Shown: piece after piece, positions 53,923 through 63,312 of the stretch
Layout of the letters: each line of letters opens with the position of its first letter
Numbering within the stretch: the stretch's first letter is position 1
Assembly: GCA_041687695.1 (NCBI GenBank)
Contig: JAWLBL010000024.1
Location: 77,147-141,146, forward strand
Direction of reading: 5' to 3'
DNA from: Myxococcota bacterium
GTDB taxonomy: Bacteria; Myxococcota_A; UBA9042; PHBI01; JAWLBL01
DNA length: 64,000 nucleotides
Position numbers and translations under genes: made by a program
Notes under the pieces: generated by a model
What the model was told of the DNA's origin: nothing
The model's input: only the letters and a program-made list of their open reading frames with translations
The model's database searches: none

Positions 53923-55560
53923 TTGACGCAGTCGGTCGAGAGCCGGCGCCGCCTCGGCGCCCCACAGGTGCGGGCCGCGGTGGCGGCGGCGCTGATCTTC
54001 GCGGTCGTGGGCGGCTGCGCGGTGGGCGTCGTGCGCTACGTCGCAGAGCGCGAGCACCGCGCCGCGCTCCTCACCGAGATCGCCACGTCCGCCGAGGCCG
54101 CCGCCCAGCGCCTGGCCGCCCAGGGGCCCGAGGCCGTCGCCGCCGCCCTGGCCGACGCGGCGGCCGTCAGCGTCGTCACCCCGGGCAAGACCGACGCCTT
54201 CGGCATCTCGCGCGGCGCCGAGGTCGCCGTCGACCTGACCCGCGACCCCCGCATGGCGCCGGCCGACGCCGAGGCCCACCGCCGCGCCCTGCTGGCCCGA
54301 AACGCCGAGCTGGCCAGCGCGCCCGACGCGGCGGCCCAGCGCCGCTTCGAGCAGGTCGAGGTGCCCGACGCCCTGTTCGCCAGCGCCGTCGCCCCGGCCG
54401 TGGCCGACGGCCGCTACCTCGGCATGGTCCGCGTCGTGGTCGAGCTGCGACCGGGCGAGCCCGCCATCTCGATGGCCCGCTTCGGCGCCGCCGTCGCGCT
54501 GGCCCTGCTGCTCGCCCTGGCCCTGCTGTTCGCCACGGGCAACGTCCGCCTCGCGGGCGCGGCCGGCGGCGCCGCAGGCACCCTCGTCGCCCTGGGCCTG
54601 ACCGCCTTCGCCGGCTGGACCGCCCTGGCCGCCGCCGGCGCCGCCGCCCTCGCCACCCGTCCGCTGGCCGGCCTGCTCCACGGCCTGCGCACCCAGCCCG
54701 GCACCTACCTGTACGTCGCCCCGGCCATCCTCTCGATGGTCGTCCTGGTCTTCATCCCCTTCGCCATGGGCGTCGGCCTGTCTTTTTTCGACAGCCGCGG
54801 CGAGCCGGTGGGCCTGGCCAACTTCATCGAGATCCTCTCGCCCCCGGCCACCGCCGACACGACCTTCTACTGGACCTTCGGCGTCACCGTCCTGTGGACC
54901 GTCACCAACGTCGTCCTGCACGTCTCCATCGGCCTGGGCCTGGCGCTGCTGCTCAACCGCCCCGACCTGCGCTTCAAGGGCGTCTACCGCGTCCTGCTCA
55001 TCGTCCCCTGGGCCGTCCCCAACTACATCACGGCCCTCATCTGGAAGTGGATGTTCAACACCCAGTACGGCGCCGTGAACGCCTTCCTGGCCCTGTTCGG
55101 CCTCGACGGCGTCGACTGGCTGGGCCAGAGCTTCGCCACCAACTTCGCCGCCAACCTCATCACCAACACCTGGCTGGGCTTCCCCTTCATGATGGTGGTG
55201 GCGCTGGGCGCGCTGCAGTCCATCCCCAAGGACCTGTACGAGGCCGCCCACATCGACGGCGCCAGCCGCCTGCAGGCCTTCCGCCACGTGACCCTGCCCC
55301 TGCTCAAGCCGGCGCTCGTCCCGGCGATCATCCTTGGCTCGGTGTGGACCTTCAACATGTTCAACGTCATCTACCTGGTCAGCGGCGGCGGCCCCGACAA
55401 CCAGACCAACATCCTCATCACCGAGGCCTACCACGCCTTCAAGGTCCTCGGCCGCAGCGGCTTTGCGGCCGCCTACTCGCTGCTCATCTTCTTCATTCTG
55501 CTGGCCTACGGGTGGATGACCAACCGCGTCACGAAGGCCACCGAGGGGGCCTACGAATGA
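53923..55560 (+). CDS. Sugar ABC permease (MalF-like) with extended N-terminal region
   Basis: EAA loop (LYEAAHIDGAS), PWAVP. Confidence 0.92.
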   Translation: MTQSVESRRRLGAPQVRAAVAAALIFAVVGGCAVGVVRYVAEREHRAALLTEIATSAEAAAQRLAAQGPEAVAAALADAAAVSVVTPGKTDAFGISRGAEVAVDLTRDPRMAPADAEAHRRALLARNAELASAPDAAAQRRFEQVEVPDALFASAVAPAVADGRYLGMVRVVVELRPGEPAISMARFGAAVALALLLALALLFATGNVRLAGAAGGAAGTLVALGLTAFAGWTALAAAGAAALATRPLAGLLHGLRTQPGTYLYVAPAILSMVVLVFIPFAMGVGLSFFDSRGEPVGLANFIEILSPPATADTTFYWTFGVTVLWTVTNVVLHVSIGLGLALLLNRPDLRFKGVYRVLLIVPWAVPNYITALIWKWMFNTQYGAVNAFLALFGLDGVDWLGQSFATNFAANLITNTWLGFPFMMVVALGALQSIPKDLYEAAHIDGASRLQAFRHVTLPLLKPALVPAIILGSVWTFNMFNVIYLVSGGGPDNQTNILITEAYHAFKVLGRSGFAAAYSLLIFFILLAYGWMTNRVTKATEGAYE

Positions 55561-56432
55561 CCGACCCCGGCCACAGCACCGTCGGCCGCAGCCGCTGGGG
55601 CGTCTGGGCCACCCACGGCTTCCTGGTCGCGGTCACCCTGGCGACCCTGTACCCGCTGATGCTGGTCGCCAAGATCGCCCTGTCGCCCGGCCAGTCCTTC
55701 TCGGCCAGCCTCAACCCCTTGCCCGACCTCGCCACCGCCACCCTCGACAACTTCCGCGCCGTGGTCAGCGAGTCGACCCCCGAGGGCGAGTGGCTCTTCG
55801 GCCGCCAGCTCCTCAACTCGGTCGTCATCAGCCTGGCCACCACCGTCCTGGGCATCTTCCTGGCGACCACCGCCGCCTACGCCTTCAGCCGCTTCCGCTT
55901 CCCGGGCCGCCGCGCCGGGCTGATGGCCTTCCTGGTCAGCCAGATGTTCCCCGGGGTCATGATGATGATCCCGCTGTACCTGCTGATGCAGCACCTCGGC
56001 CTGCTCAACCGCCCGCTGGGGCTCATCGTCGTCTACGCCACGACCGCCATCCCGTTTTGCGTCTGGATGCTCAAGGGCTACTTCGACACCATCCCCAAGG
56101 ATCTCGAGGAGAGCGCCATCATGGACGGCGCCAGCCAGTTCACGATCTTCTGGCGCATCATCCTGCCGCTCTCCATGCCCGCCGTGGCCGTCACCGCGCT
56201 GTTCTCGTTCATGACCGCCTGGAACGAGTTCATCCTGGCCTTCACCTTCATGGACGACCCGCGCGCCTTCACCCTGCCGGTCGCCGTCAACGCCTACGTC
56301 GGCGAAAAGAGCATCGAGTGGGGCAAGTTCGCCGCCGCCTCGATGCTGGTCTCGCTGCCGGTCATGGCCCTGTTCTTCATGCTGCAGAAGAACCTGGTCG
56401 GCGGCCTCACCGCGGGCGGCGTCAAGGGCTGA
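55557..56432 (+). CDS. Sugar ABC permease (MalG-like)
   Basis: LEESAIMDGAS, AWNEF, GLTAGGVKG. Confidence 0.94.
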   Translation: MTDPGHSTVGRSRWGVWATHGFLVAVTLATLYPLMLVAKIALSPGQSFSASLNPLPDLATATLDNFRAVVSESTPEGEWLFGRQLLNSVVISLATTVLGIFLATTAAYAFSRFRFPGRRAGLMAFLVSQMFPGVMMMIPLYLLMQHLGLLNRPLGLIVVYATTAIPFCVWMLKGYFDTIPKDLEESAIMDGASQFTIFWRIILPLSMPAVAVTALFSFMTAWNEFILAFTFMDDPRAFTLPVAVNAYVGEKSIEWGKFAAASMLVSLPVMALFFMLQKNLVGGLTAGGVKG

Positions 56433-56574
56433 GCGGCCCGTCGCGCCGCCTGCGCCTCGTCTCGCCCGGCCGGTTTCCGTCCGGTTTCCAGGCGACGCCG
56501 GGGTCGGGTTTCGGGTGCCCGCGGGCCATGCTAGCGTGACCTCACCGTCACACGCGCAGTCCTCGGAGCAGGTC

Positions 56575-58755
56575 ATGGCTTTCCGCCGGAGCGGTCACAT
56601 GGGCGCCATACGCCTCGTCGCGTTCGTCGCCGTCGGTCTATTCGCCGGCTGCCAGGCCGACGGCGGCGTCGAGCCCATCGACCCCAAGACCGTCGAGCGC
56701 CCCGGCTCCTTCCCGGGGACCCCGTGCCGCCCCGAGGGCTCGCCCGACGGGCGCTGCGACCAGGATCTGAACGGCGCAGACTTCGTCGACATGGTCTGCG
56801 TCAACGAGGTCTGCCTGGTCGACTGCGCCGACGGCGGCGACTTCCTCTGCGGCACCGTCGTCGACGCGCGCCTGAGCTGCTCGGCCACCGCCGGCGACGT
56901 CTGCCTGCCCAAGTGCGTCGACGGCGCCTGCTCCGAGGGCCTGAGCTGCTTCGAGTCCGAGGGCGTCTGCCTGCCCACCGGCGCCTTCCCCGGCAGCCCG
57001 TGCCCCGCGGACGGGGTCTGCGCCCAGGATCTGGGCGGCAACCCGGACGTCGACCTGGCCTGCGTCGCGGGGCGCTGCCTCATCCCGTGCGGCGCGGGCG
57101 GCACCGCGCTGTGTCAGGCCGTGAACCCAGCGCTGGCCTGCTCGGCCGCCGCTGGCGAGGTCTGCGTGCAGGCCTGCGTCGAAGGCGCCTGCGGGCAAGG
57201 CTTTTCCTGCTTCGAGACCGAGGGGACCTGCCTGCCCACCGGCGCCTTCCCGGGCAGCCCGTGCCGGGCGACGTTGCCAGGCTGCGACGCGTTGGGCGAC
57301 GCGCCGATGGTCTGCCTGCAGGACCAGTGCCTGGTCAGCTGCGCCCAGGGCGGCGAGGCGGTCTGCGACGCGGTCAGCGACGCGCTGGCCTGCTCGGCGG
57401 CGGCCGGCGAGGTGTGTGTGCGCGCGTGCGTCGAAGGCGCCTGCGACCCGGGCTACGCCTGCTTCGAGACCGAGGGGACCTGCCTGCCGGCCGGCGCCTT
57501 CCCGGGGGGGCCGTGCTCGGCCCAGGGCACCTGCGGCCAGGATCTGGGCGGCGACGAGGCGGTCGACATGGCCTGCGTCGCGGACACCTGCCTCGTGATG
57601 TGTTCCCAAGGCGGCACCGGCCTGTGTTCGGCGCTCAGCGACGCGCTGGCCTGCTCGACCGCCGCCGGCGGCTTCTGTCTGCCACGCTGCGTCGGCGGCG
57701 GGTGCGAGGCCGGCCTCAGCTGCCTGGAGGCCGAGGGCGTGTGCCTGCCGACCGGCGCCTTCCCCGGCAGCCCGTGCTCGGACGCGGCCCCCTGCGCGCA
57801 GGATCTGGGCGGCGACGAGGCCGTCGACATGGCCTGCGTCGGCGGCAAGTGCCTTGTCGGGTGCGCGCAAGGCGGGACGGCGCTGTGCGAGGGCGTCGAC
57901 CCCGGGCTGATGTGCTCGGACGCCGCCGGTGCGCACTGCCTGCCCAAGTGCGTCTCGGGGGCCTGCGACGCCGGCCTCAGCTGCTTTGCGACCGAGGGGG
58001 CCTGCCTGCCCACGGGGTCGTTCCCCGGCAGCCCGTGCCCGGCCACGGGCGGGTGCGCGCAGGACGTTGGTGGCGACGCCGCGGTCGACCTGGCCTGCGT
58101 CGGCGGCGCGTGCCTCGTGCAGTGCGCCGAGGGGGGCACGCCGCTGTGCGAGGCGGTCAGCCCGATCCTGGCCTGCTCGGCCGCGGCGGGCGGCCACTGC
58201 GTCCCCAAGTGCCAGGGCGGCGCCTGCGGGCCGGGGCTGAGCTGCCTCGCGGCCGAGGGGGTGTGCCTGCCCATCGGCTCGTTCCCCGGCGGGCCCTGCG
58301 CCGGCGGGACCACCTGCGCTCAGGATCTGGGCGGGAACGAGGCCGCCGACATGACCTGCGTCGACGGCGTCTGCGTCGTCGGCTGCGCCGAGGGCGGCAC
58401 GCCGCTGTGCGAGGGGGTGAGCCCCCTGCTCGCCTGCTCGGCCGCGGCCGGCGGGCTGTGCCTGGCCAAGTGCGTCGAGGGCGCCTGCGACGCGGGCTTC
58501 AGCTGCCTGCAGGCCGAGGGGGTGTGCCTGCCCACGGGCTCCTTCCCGGGCAGCCCCTGCCGTCCGGGCCCCAACGACCGCTGCGACCAGGACCTGGGGC
58601 ACCCCGACTTCGATCTCGTGTGCACGACCGCGCTGGGCCCCGAGCTGTGTCTGCTCGGCTGCCCACCCGACGCCGGCCCCGTCGGCTGCGGCGACTTCCC
58701 CGGCGGGTCGGAGTGGGTCTGCGAGGCTGGGGCGGGGCTGTGCCTGTCGCCATGA
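56575..58755 (+). CDS. Lipoprotein of about 87-aa, 12-Cys tandem repeats
   Basis: FAGC lipobox; eight GxFPGxPC repeat starts, mostly 261 bp apart. Start 56575 or 56599. Confidence 0.88.
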   Translation: MAFRRSGHMGAIRLVAFVAVGLFAGCQADGGVEPIDPKTVERPGSFPGTPCRPEGSPDGRCDQDLNGADFVDMVCVNEVCLVDCADGGDFLCGTVVDARLSCSATAGDVCLPKCVDGACSEGLSCFESEGVCLPTGAFPGSPCPADGVCAQDLGGNPDVDLACVAGRCLIPCGAGGTALCQAVNPALACSAAAGEVCVQACVEGACGQGFSCFETEGTCLPTGAFPGSPCRATLPGCDALGDAPMVCLQDQCLVSCAQGGEAVCDAVSDALACSAAAGEVCVRACVEGACDPGYACFETEGTCLPAGAFPGGPCSAQGTCGQDLGGDEAVDMACVADTCLVMCSQGGTGLCSALSDALACSTAAGGFCLPRCVGGGCEAGLSCLEAEGVCLPTGAFPGSPCSDAAPCAQDLGGDEAVDMACVGGKCLVGCAQGGTALCEGVDPGLMCSDAAGAHCLPKCVSGACDAGLSCFATEGACLPTGSFPGSPCPATGGCAQDVGGDAAVDLACVGGACLVQCAEGGTPLCEAVSPILACSAAAGGHCVPKCQGGACGPGLSCLAAEGVCLPIGSFPGGPCAGGTTCAQDLGGNEAADMTCVDGVCVVGCAEGGTPLCEGVSPLLACSAAAGGLCLAKCVEGACDAGFSCLQAEGVCLPTGSFPGSPCRPGPNDRCDQDLGHPDFDLVCTTALGPELCLLGCPPDAGPVGCGDFPGGSEWVCEAGAGLCLSP

Positions 58756-58893
58756 CGCCGCGCCCCCCCGAACCACAGCCGCTTCATTGGCGCGCGCCCG
58801 TCGGTGCCGACGGTTCGGGGGTGCGCTCCGGCGCGCTCCCTCCCGTCCGATGACGGGGCGCGGCGCGCGTTGACGAGCACCAGAGGGGACGAG

Positions 58894-59292
58894 ATGGGCT
58901 CAGGTGGGACCAGCAAGCGGGGAACGACGGCGCGCTGCCGCACGATCCTCATCGTCGAGGACGATCCCGACATCCGCGACGCGATCCGCAGCATCCTCGA
59001 GGACGAGGGCTACGAGGTCGAGGAGGCGACCAACGGGCGCGAGGGGCTCGAGCGGCTGCGGACCATCGAGCGGCCCTGCCTGGTGCTGCTGGACCTGATG
59101 ATGCCAGTCATGAGCGGCCCGGAGTTCCTGGCGGCGCTGCAGAACGAGGACGCGATCGCCACCATCCCGGTGGTCGTGGTCAGCGCCTGGACCCACATGG
59201 CAGCGGTGGTCGAGGGGAGCGTCGGCTTCATCAAGAAGCCGGTGAACCTGGATCAGCTGTTGGATTCCGTGCGGCAGTACTGCCATCCCTGA
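58894..59292 (+). CDS. Single-domain response regulator
   Basis: ILIVEDD, LLDLMMPVMSG, VSA, KKP. Confidence 0.92.
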   Translation: MGSGGTSKRGTTARCRTILIVEDDPDIRDAIRSILEDEGYEVEEATNGREGLERLRTIERPCLVLLDLMMPVMSGPEFLAALQNEDAIATIPVVVVSAWTHMAAVVEGSVGFIKKPVNLDQLLDSVRQYCHP

Positions 59293-60010
59293 TCGCGGCG
59301 GCGCGGGCCAGCGCCTCGGGGAGCGCGCGCATGGCGCGGTCGACCGGCTCGTCGCGATCGGACAGGCGCGTCGGGTCGACCGCGAAGGCGCGCCGGGCGC
59401 GGGCGAAGCGGCGCTCGAGATCGCGCAGCCAGGGCACCAGCCACGGGTCGCCGCGCTCGAACAGGCGCGGGCCGAACAGGCGTGCCAGCGGGTCGGGGTC
59501 GGGCTCGGCGCCGGGCTCGAGGGCGACCACCTCGTAGTAGCGCCCGGCGTCCCAGGCGATGCGCTCGTCGGCGACGCGCCAGCCCAGGGCGTTGGCGGCT
59601 GGGCGCATGAGGCCGCGATAGTCGGCGGGGCACAGGACGATCCGGCGCGCGGCGTCGCGCACGGAGGCCCGCCCACCCTGGCTGCCGGCGAGCCAGGCGG
59701 TCAGGGTGCGCTCGCCGAGGCCGGCGCAGACCAGGACGTCGGCCTCGCCGGGGGACAGGGCGGACAGGCCGTCGCCGAGGCGCAGGTCGACGCGGGCCAT
59801 GGCGGGCCCCAGGGCGGCGGCGTGCCGGGCGCGGAAGCGGGCGTCCAGGCCGGGTTGGCGCTCGACGCCGATGAGGCGGGCAGCGGGCGCGCGGGTGGCG
59901 AGGGCGAGCAGGAGCTGGCCGTGGTCGTAGCCGACGTCGGCGACGGCGCGGGCGTCGGGCGGGACCAGGGCGGCGACGGTGTCCAGGCGTGGGGGCGGGC
60001 GGGGCTGCAT
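59231..60010 (-). CDS. trmK: tRNA (adenine22-N1) methyltransferase-like
   Basis: RLDTVAALVP..VADVGYDHG, RLGDGL, AGLG, GWRVADE..RYYEV. Confidence 0.75.
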   Translation of the reverse strand: MQPRPPPRLDTVAALVPPDARAVADVGYDHGQLLLALATRAPAARLIGVERQPGLDARFRARHAAALGPAMARVDLRLGDGLSALSPGEADVLVCAGLGERTLTAWLAGSQGGRASVRDAARRIVLCPADYRGLMRPAANALGWRVADERIAWDAGRYYEVVALEPGAEPDPDPLARLFGPRLFERGDPWLVPWLRDLERRFARARRAFAVDPTRLSDRDEPVDRAMRALPEALARAAAIRDGSTAARNPTADPGSPAS

Positions 60011-60083
60011 GGGGGAGGGGGTTAACACGCCGGGCCGGTCGTGGGATATGAAGCGCGCAGACCATCGACCGGAGAGGCGAGCC

Positions 60084-60608
60084 ATGCCGACGTACGGGCC
60101 CAGCGAGGGCGAGTGCCTGGTGTTCACGTTCAAGGAGGGGCTGCTGTCGCCGCTGGCGCACGATCTGAAGATCCGGGTGACGGCCTATCAGGTGCGGGTG
60201 GCCGAGGACCGGAGCGCGGTCGAGGCGACGTTCGACCCGGCGTCGCTGCGGGTAGTGAGCCCGATGAAGGACGGGCGCGAGGCGCAGGGCGTGCTGGGGG
60301 ACGTGTACAAGCCGCAGATCGACAAGAACATCCAGGCGGACGTGCTGGAGACGAAGAAGCACGGGGAGATCCGGTTCGTGTCGCGGTCGGTGGCGCCCGA
60401 GGGCGAAGGGTATCGCGTCGAGGGCGAGCTGACGCTGCACGGGCGGACGCGGCCGCTGACGGCGCAGGCGCGGCGCGAGGGGGCGTGGCTGACGGTCGAG
60501 GCGCGGCTGCACCAGCCGGACTGGGGCATCAAGCCGTACAGCGCGATGTTGGGGACGCTGCGCATCCAGCCGGACGTCGTGGTGCGATTGTCCGTGCCGG
60601 CGCCGTGA
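60084..60608 (+). CDS. YceI-like protein
   Basis: KEGLLSPLAHDL, IRFVS, GELTLHG, GIKPYSAMLG. Confidence 0.85.
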   Translation: MPTYGPSEGECLVFTFKEGLLSPLAHDLKIRVTAYQVRVAEDRSAVEATFDPASLRVVSPMKDGREAQGVLGDVYKPQIDKNIQADVLETKKHGEIRFVSRSVAPEGEGYRVEGELTLHGRTRPLTAQARREGAWLTVEARLHQPDWGIKPYSAMLGTLRIQPDVVVRLSVPAP

Positions 60609-60631
60609 GGGAGTGGTAGGAGCGCGGGGCG

Positions 60632-61168
60632 ATGGGCGAGCGGGACGGACAGGACGCGCGCGGGCGCGCTGAGGGTGGGGCAGGGCAGGGGCCGTCGGCG
60701 GTCCCGCTGACCCCCGGGTCGGCGCCGTTTCGCAACCAGCTGGCGCTGCCCGAGGCGGCGCCCGGGTTCGGCGACGAGATGCGGCGCGAGGTGCAGGCCT
60801 CGGCGATGAAGCGGCTCGAGGCGCTCGACCGGGTCTACCAGCAGCTGCAGGCCGAGGCGCGCGGCGTGGTCGGCGCGGCGCGGCGCGACATGGCCCTGCA
60901 CGCGGTGCCGCTCAACGGGACCAAGCTCCGCGGGCGCGACTACCACCTGTTCGCGCGGCCGAGCGGCGAGCGGTTCTTCTCGCTGCTCGAGGCGGCCGAC
61001 TACCGCGGCATCGACCCGGCGATTCGCTTCGTGGCCAGCTACCGCTTGAACCACGACGGCAGCTGGACGCGCCTCGACGCCGACGACGAGGCCGACAAGC
61101 TGGCGCACGCCCCGCCCGGCGGCGCCCCCGTCACCCCCGACCTCGACGACGGAGCGCCTCGCCCATGA
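60632..61168 (+). CDS. DUF2452-like hypothetical protein
   Basis: Coiled segment followed by GRDYHLF..FFSLL..FVASYRLNHDGSW. Confidence 0.6.
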   Translation: MGERDGQDARGRAEGGAGQGPSAVPLTPGSAPFRNQLALPEAAPGFGDEMRREVQASAMKRLEALDRVYQQLQAEARGVVGAARRDMALHAVPLNGTKLRGRDYHLFARPSGERFFSLLEAADYRGIDPAIRFVASYRLNHDGSWTRLDADDEADKLAHAPPGGAPVTPDLDDGAPRP

Positions 61169-62043
61169 GCCGCCTCGAGAAGAAGCTGCTGAACAACGTC
61201 TCGCGCGCCTGCCGCGACTTCGATCTGCTGGCGCCGGGCGACCGGGTCATGGTCTGCCTGTCGGGCGGCAAGGACTCGTACGCGATGCTGCACCTGCTGC
61301 GCGAGGTGCAGCGGCACGTCCCGTTCGAGCTGTCGCTGGTCGCGGTCAACCTGGACCAGGGGCAGCCGGGCTTCCCCAAGGACGTCCTGCCGACCTGGCT
61401 CGCCGCCAACGGCTACGAGTTCGAGATCGTCGAGCGCGACACCTACTCGGTGGTGGTCGACAAGGTCCCCGAGGGCAAGACCTACTGCTCGCTGTGCTCG
61501 CGGCTGCGGCGCGGCATCCTGTACGACACGGCCGAGCGGCTGGGCGCGACCAAGATAGCGCTGGGCCACCACCGCGACGACATCACGCAGACGCTGCTGC
61601 TCAACATCCTGTACTCGGGGCAGCTCAAGGCGATGCCGCCCAAGCTGCGCTCGGACGACGGGCGCAACACGGTCATCCGCCCGCTGGCCTACTGCGCCGA
61701 GGAGGACATCGCCGCCTTCGCGGCCGAGCAGGCCTTCCCCATCATCCCCTGCGACCTGTGCGGCTCGCAGGACAACCTGCACCGAAAGCGCGTCAAGCGG
61801 CTCATCGACCAGCTGCACGCCGAGAACCCGGTGGTCAAGGGCAACCTGATGGCGGCCCTGATGAACGTGCGGCCCTCGCACCTACTCGACAGGCAGCTGT
61901 GGGAGCGGTGCGGCATCGATCTGGTCGGCCAGGACGAGGCGCTGGCCGCGCTCGAGGGCGACGGCGGCTGCGGCGATCCGGCGCCGGCCGGGCCGGTGGC
62001 GGTCGAGACGCTGCGTCTGGGTCGTCCGCGCGTCGAGCCCTGA
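61165..62043 (+). CDS. ttcA: tRNA 2-thiocytidine(32) synthetase
   Basis: SGGKDS PP-loop, CSLCSRLRRG, GHHRDD, MPPKL, CDLCGSQ. Confidence 0.95.
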   Translation: MSRLEKKLLNNVSRACRDFDLLAPGDRVMVCLSGGKDSYAMLHLLREVQRHVPFELSLVAVNLDQGQPGFPKDVLPTWLAANGYEFEIVERDTYSVVVDKVPEGKTYCSLCSRLRRGILYDTAERLGATKIALGHHRDDITQTLLLNILYSGQLKAMPPKLRSDDGRNTVIRPLAYCAEEDIAAFAAEQAFPIIPCDLCGSQDNLHRKRVKRLIDQLHAENPVVKGNLMAALMNVRPSHLLDRQLWERCGIDLVGQDEALAALEGDGGCGDPAPAGPVAVETLRLGRPRVEP

Positions 62044-62049
62044 AGCCGG

Positions 62050-62925
62050 CTACTCAGTGAAGTCGTCGGGCAGGTCCGGCGGCAGGTGGAAGCCGTTCCA
62101 GGGCGTCAGCTTGTCGTGGGCGGGCATGGGCAGCAGCGGCTGCTTCTGCAGCGAGGCCGCGCCGTCGACGCGCAGGGTGGCGCCGCTGACGTAGGCGGCG
62201 GCCGGGCTCAGCAGGAACACCACGGCGGCCGAGACCTCGCTCTCGGTGCCGCCGCGCGAGGACGGGTTCTTGCGGATGACGTCGGCGGCCATCTTGCGGA
62301 CGGAGTCCGGGTAGTTCTTGAAGCCGCTCGACAGGATGAAGCCGGGCGCGACGGCGTTGACGCGGACGCCGGCCGAGGCCCACTCGATGGCCAGGGTCTG
62401 GGTCAGGTTGACGACGCCGGCGCGGGCGGCGCCGGTGTGGGCCATGCCCGGGAAGCCGTTCCACATGTCGGCCACGATGTTGACGATGGCGCCCCCGGAG
62501 CGGCTCATCGCGTGCTTGAAGGCGGCCTGGGTGACGAACCAGGTGCCGTTCAGGTTGGTGTCGACCACCGCGCGCCAGCCCTTGGGGCGGATGAGGGCGG
62601 CGGGCGAGGCGAACTGGCCGCCGGCGTTGTTGACCAGCAGATCGAGGCGGCCGTGACGCTGGGCCAGCTCGCCGATGGCGGCGTCGACGGCCTCGTCCTC
62701 GCGGATGTTGAGGATGAGCGTCTCGGCGCGGCCGCCGGACCGCTCGATCTCCGCGGCGGTCGTGGCCAGGGGCTCGGGCCGGCGCCCGCCCAGGACGACG
62801 GTGGCGCCGAGGCGCGCCAGCTCGTGGGCGATGCAGCGCCCGATGCCGGTGCCGCCGCCGGTGACCAGCGCCACCTGCCCGGCGAAGAGGCCGTCACGGA
62901 ACACGGAGTGGAATTGGTCGGACAT
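62050..62925 (-). CDS. SDR oxidoreductase (trans-2-enoyl-CoA reductase/AtuB-like)
   Basis: TGGGTGIG, NNAGGQF, HTGAARAG. Confidence 0.9.
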   Translation of the reverse strand: MSDQFHSVFRDGLFAGQVALVTGGGTGIGRCIAHELARLGATVVLGGRRPEPLATTAAEIERSGGRAETLILNIREDEAVDAAIGELAQRHGRLDLLVNNAGGQFASPAALIRPKGWRAVVDTNLNGTWFVTQAAFKHAMSRSGGAIVNIVADMWNGFPGMAHTGAARAGVVNLTQTLAIEWASAGVRVNAVAPGFILSSGFKNYPDSVRKMAADVIRKNPSSRGGTESEVSAAVVFLLSPAAAYVSGATLRVDGAASLQKQPLLPMPAHDKLTPWNGFHLPPDLPDDFTE

Positions 62926-63047
62926 CGGTCGGCTCCGGGTCGGGGTGCGGGACGTGGATAGCGCAGCGCACGCGGCGCAACAAGCGTCGGCTCGGTCGAC
63001 CGCCACTCCCCCGACGGTCCGGTCGGTGCTACCTTCGCGCCCCGAGG

Positions 63048-63287
63048 AGGCTGTAGTGAATAATGGGATTTGGCGGATCCGAGCCGAGGTTGGAGCAGAT
63101 CCGGTTCCGGGAGACCGAGGTGAACCGGGCGGTTCACCGGCTCCCTTCGGTCGCCGGTTCTTCTGGCCCTGTGGGCCAGCACGGCCGCGCTTCGCACGGC
63201 CGCAGCGTCTCCCGGGGCCGGAGCTGCCCAACACGAAGCGGGGCTCGGGGCCGCGGGCCCCGTGAATCAGCTCATTCACTACAGCCT
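63048..63287 (+). ncRNA. Candidate structured ncRNA (alternative: MITE)
   Basis: Perfect 14-bp terminal inverted repeat plus nested long stems with G-U pairs on the + strand. Confidence 0.5.
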
Positions 63288-63312
63288 GCTAGCCCCAGCC
63301 GAACGAGGACGG

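Noticed and set aside
63048..63287. Retron msr-msd
   Set aside because: The terminal inverted repeats resemble a1/a2, but no reverse transcriptase motifs occur in the flanking genes within the window.
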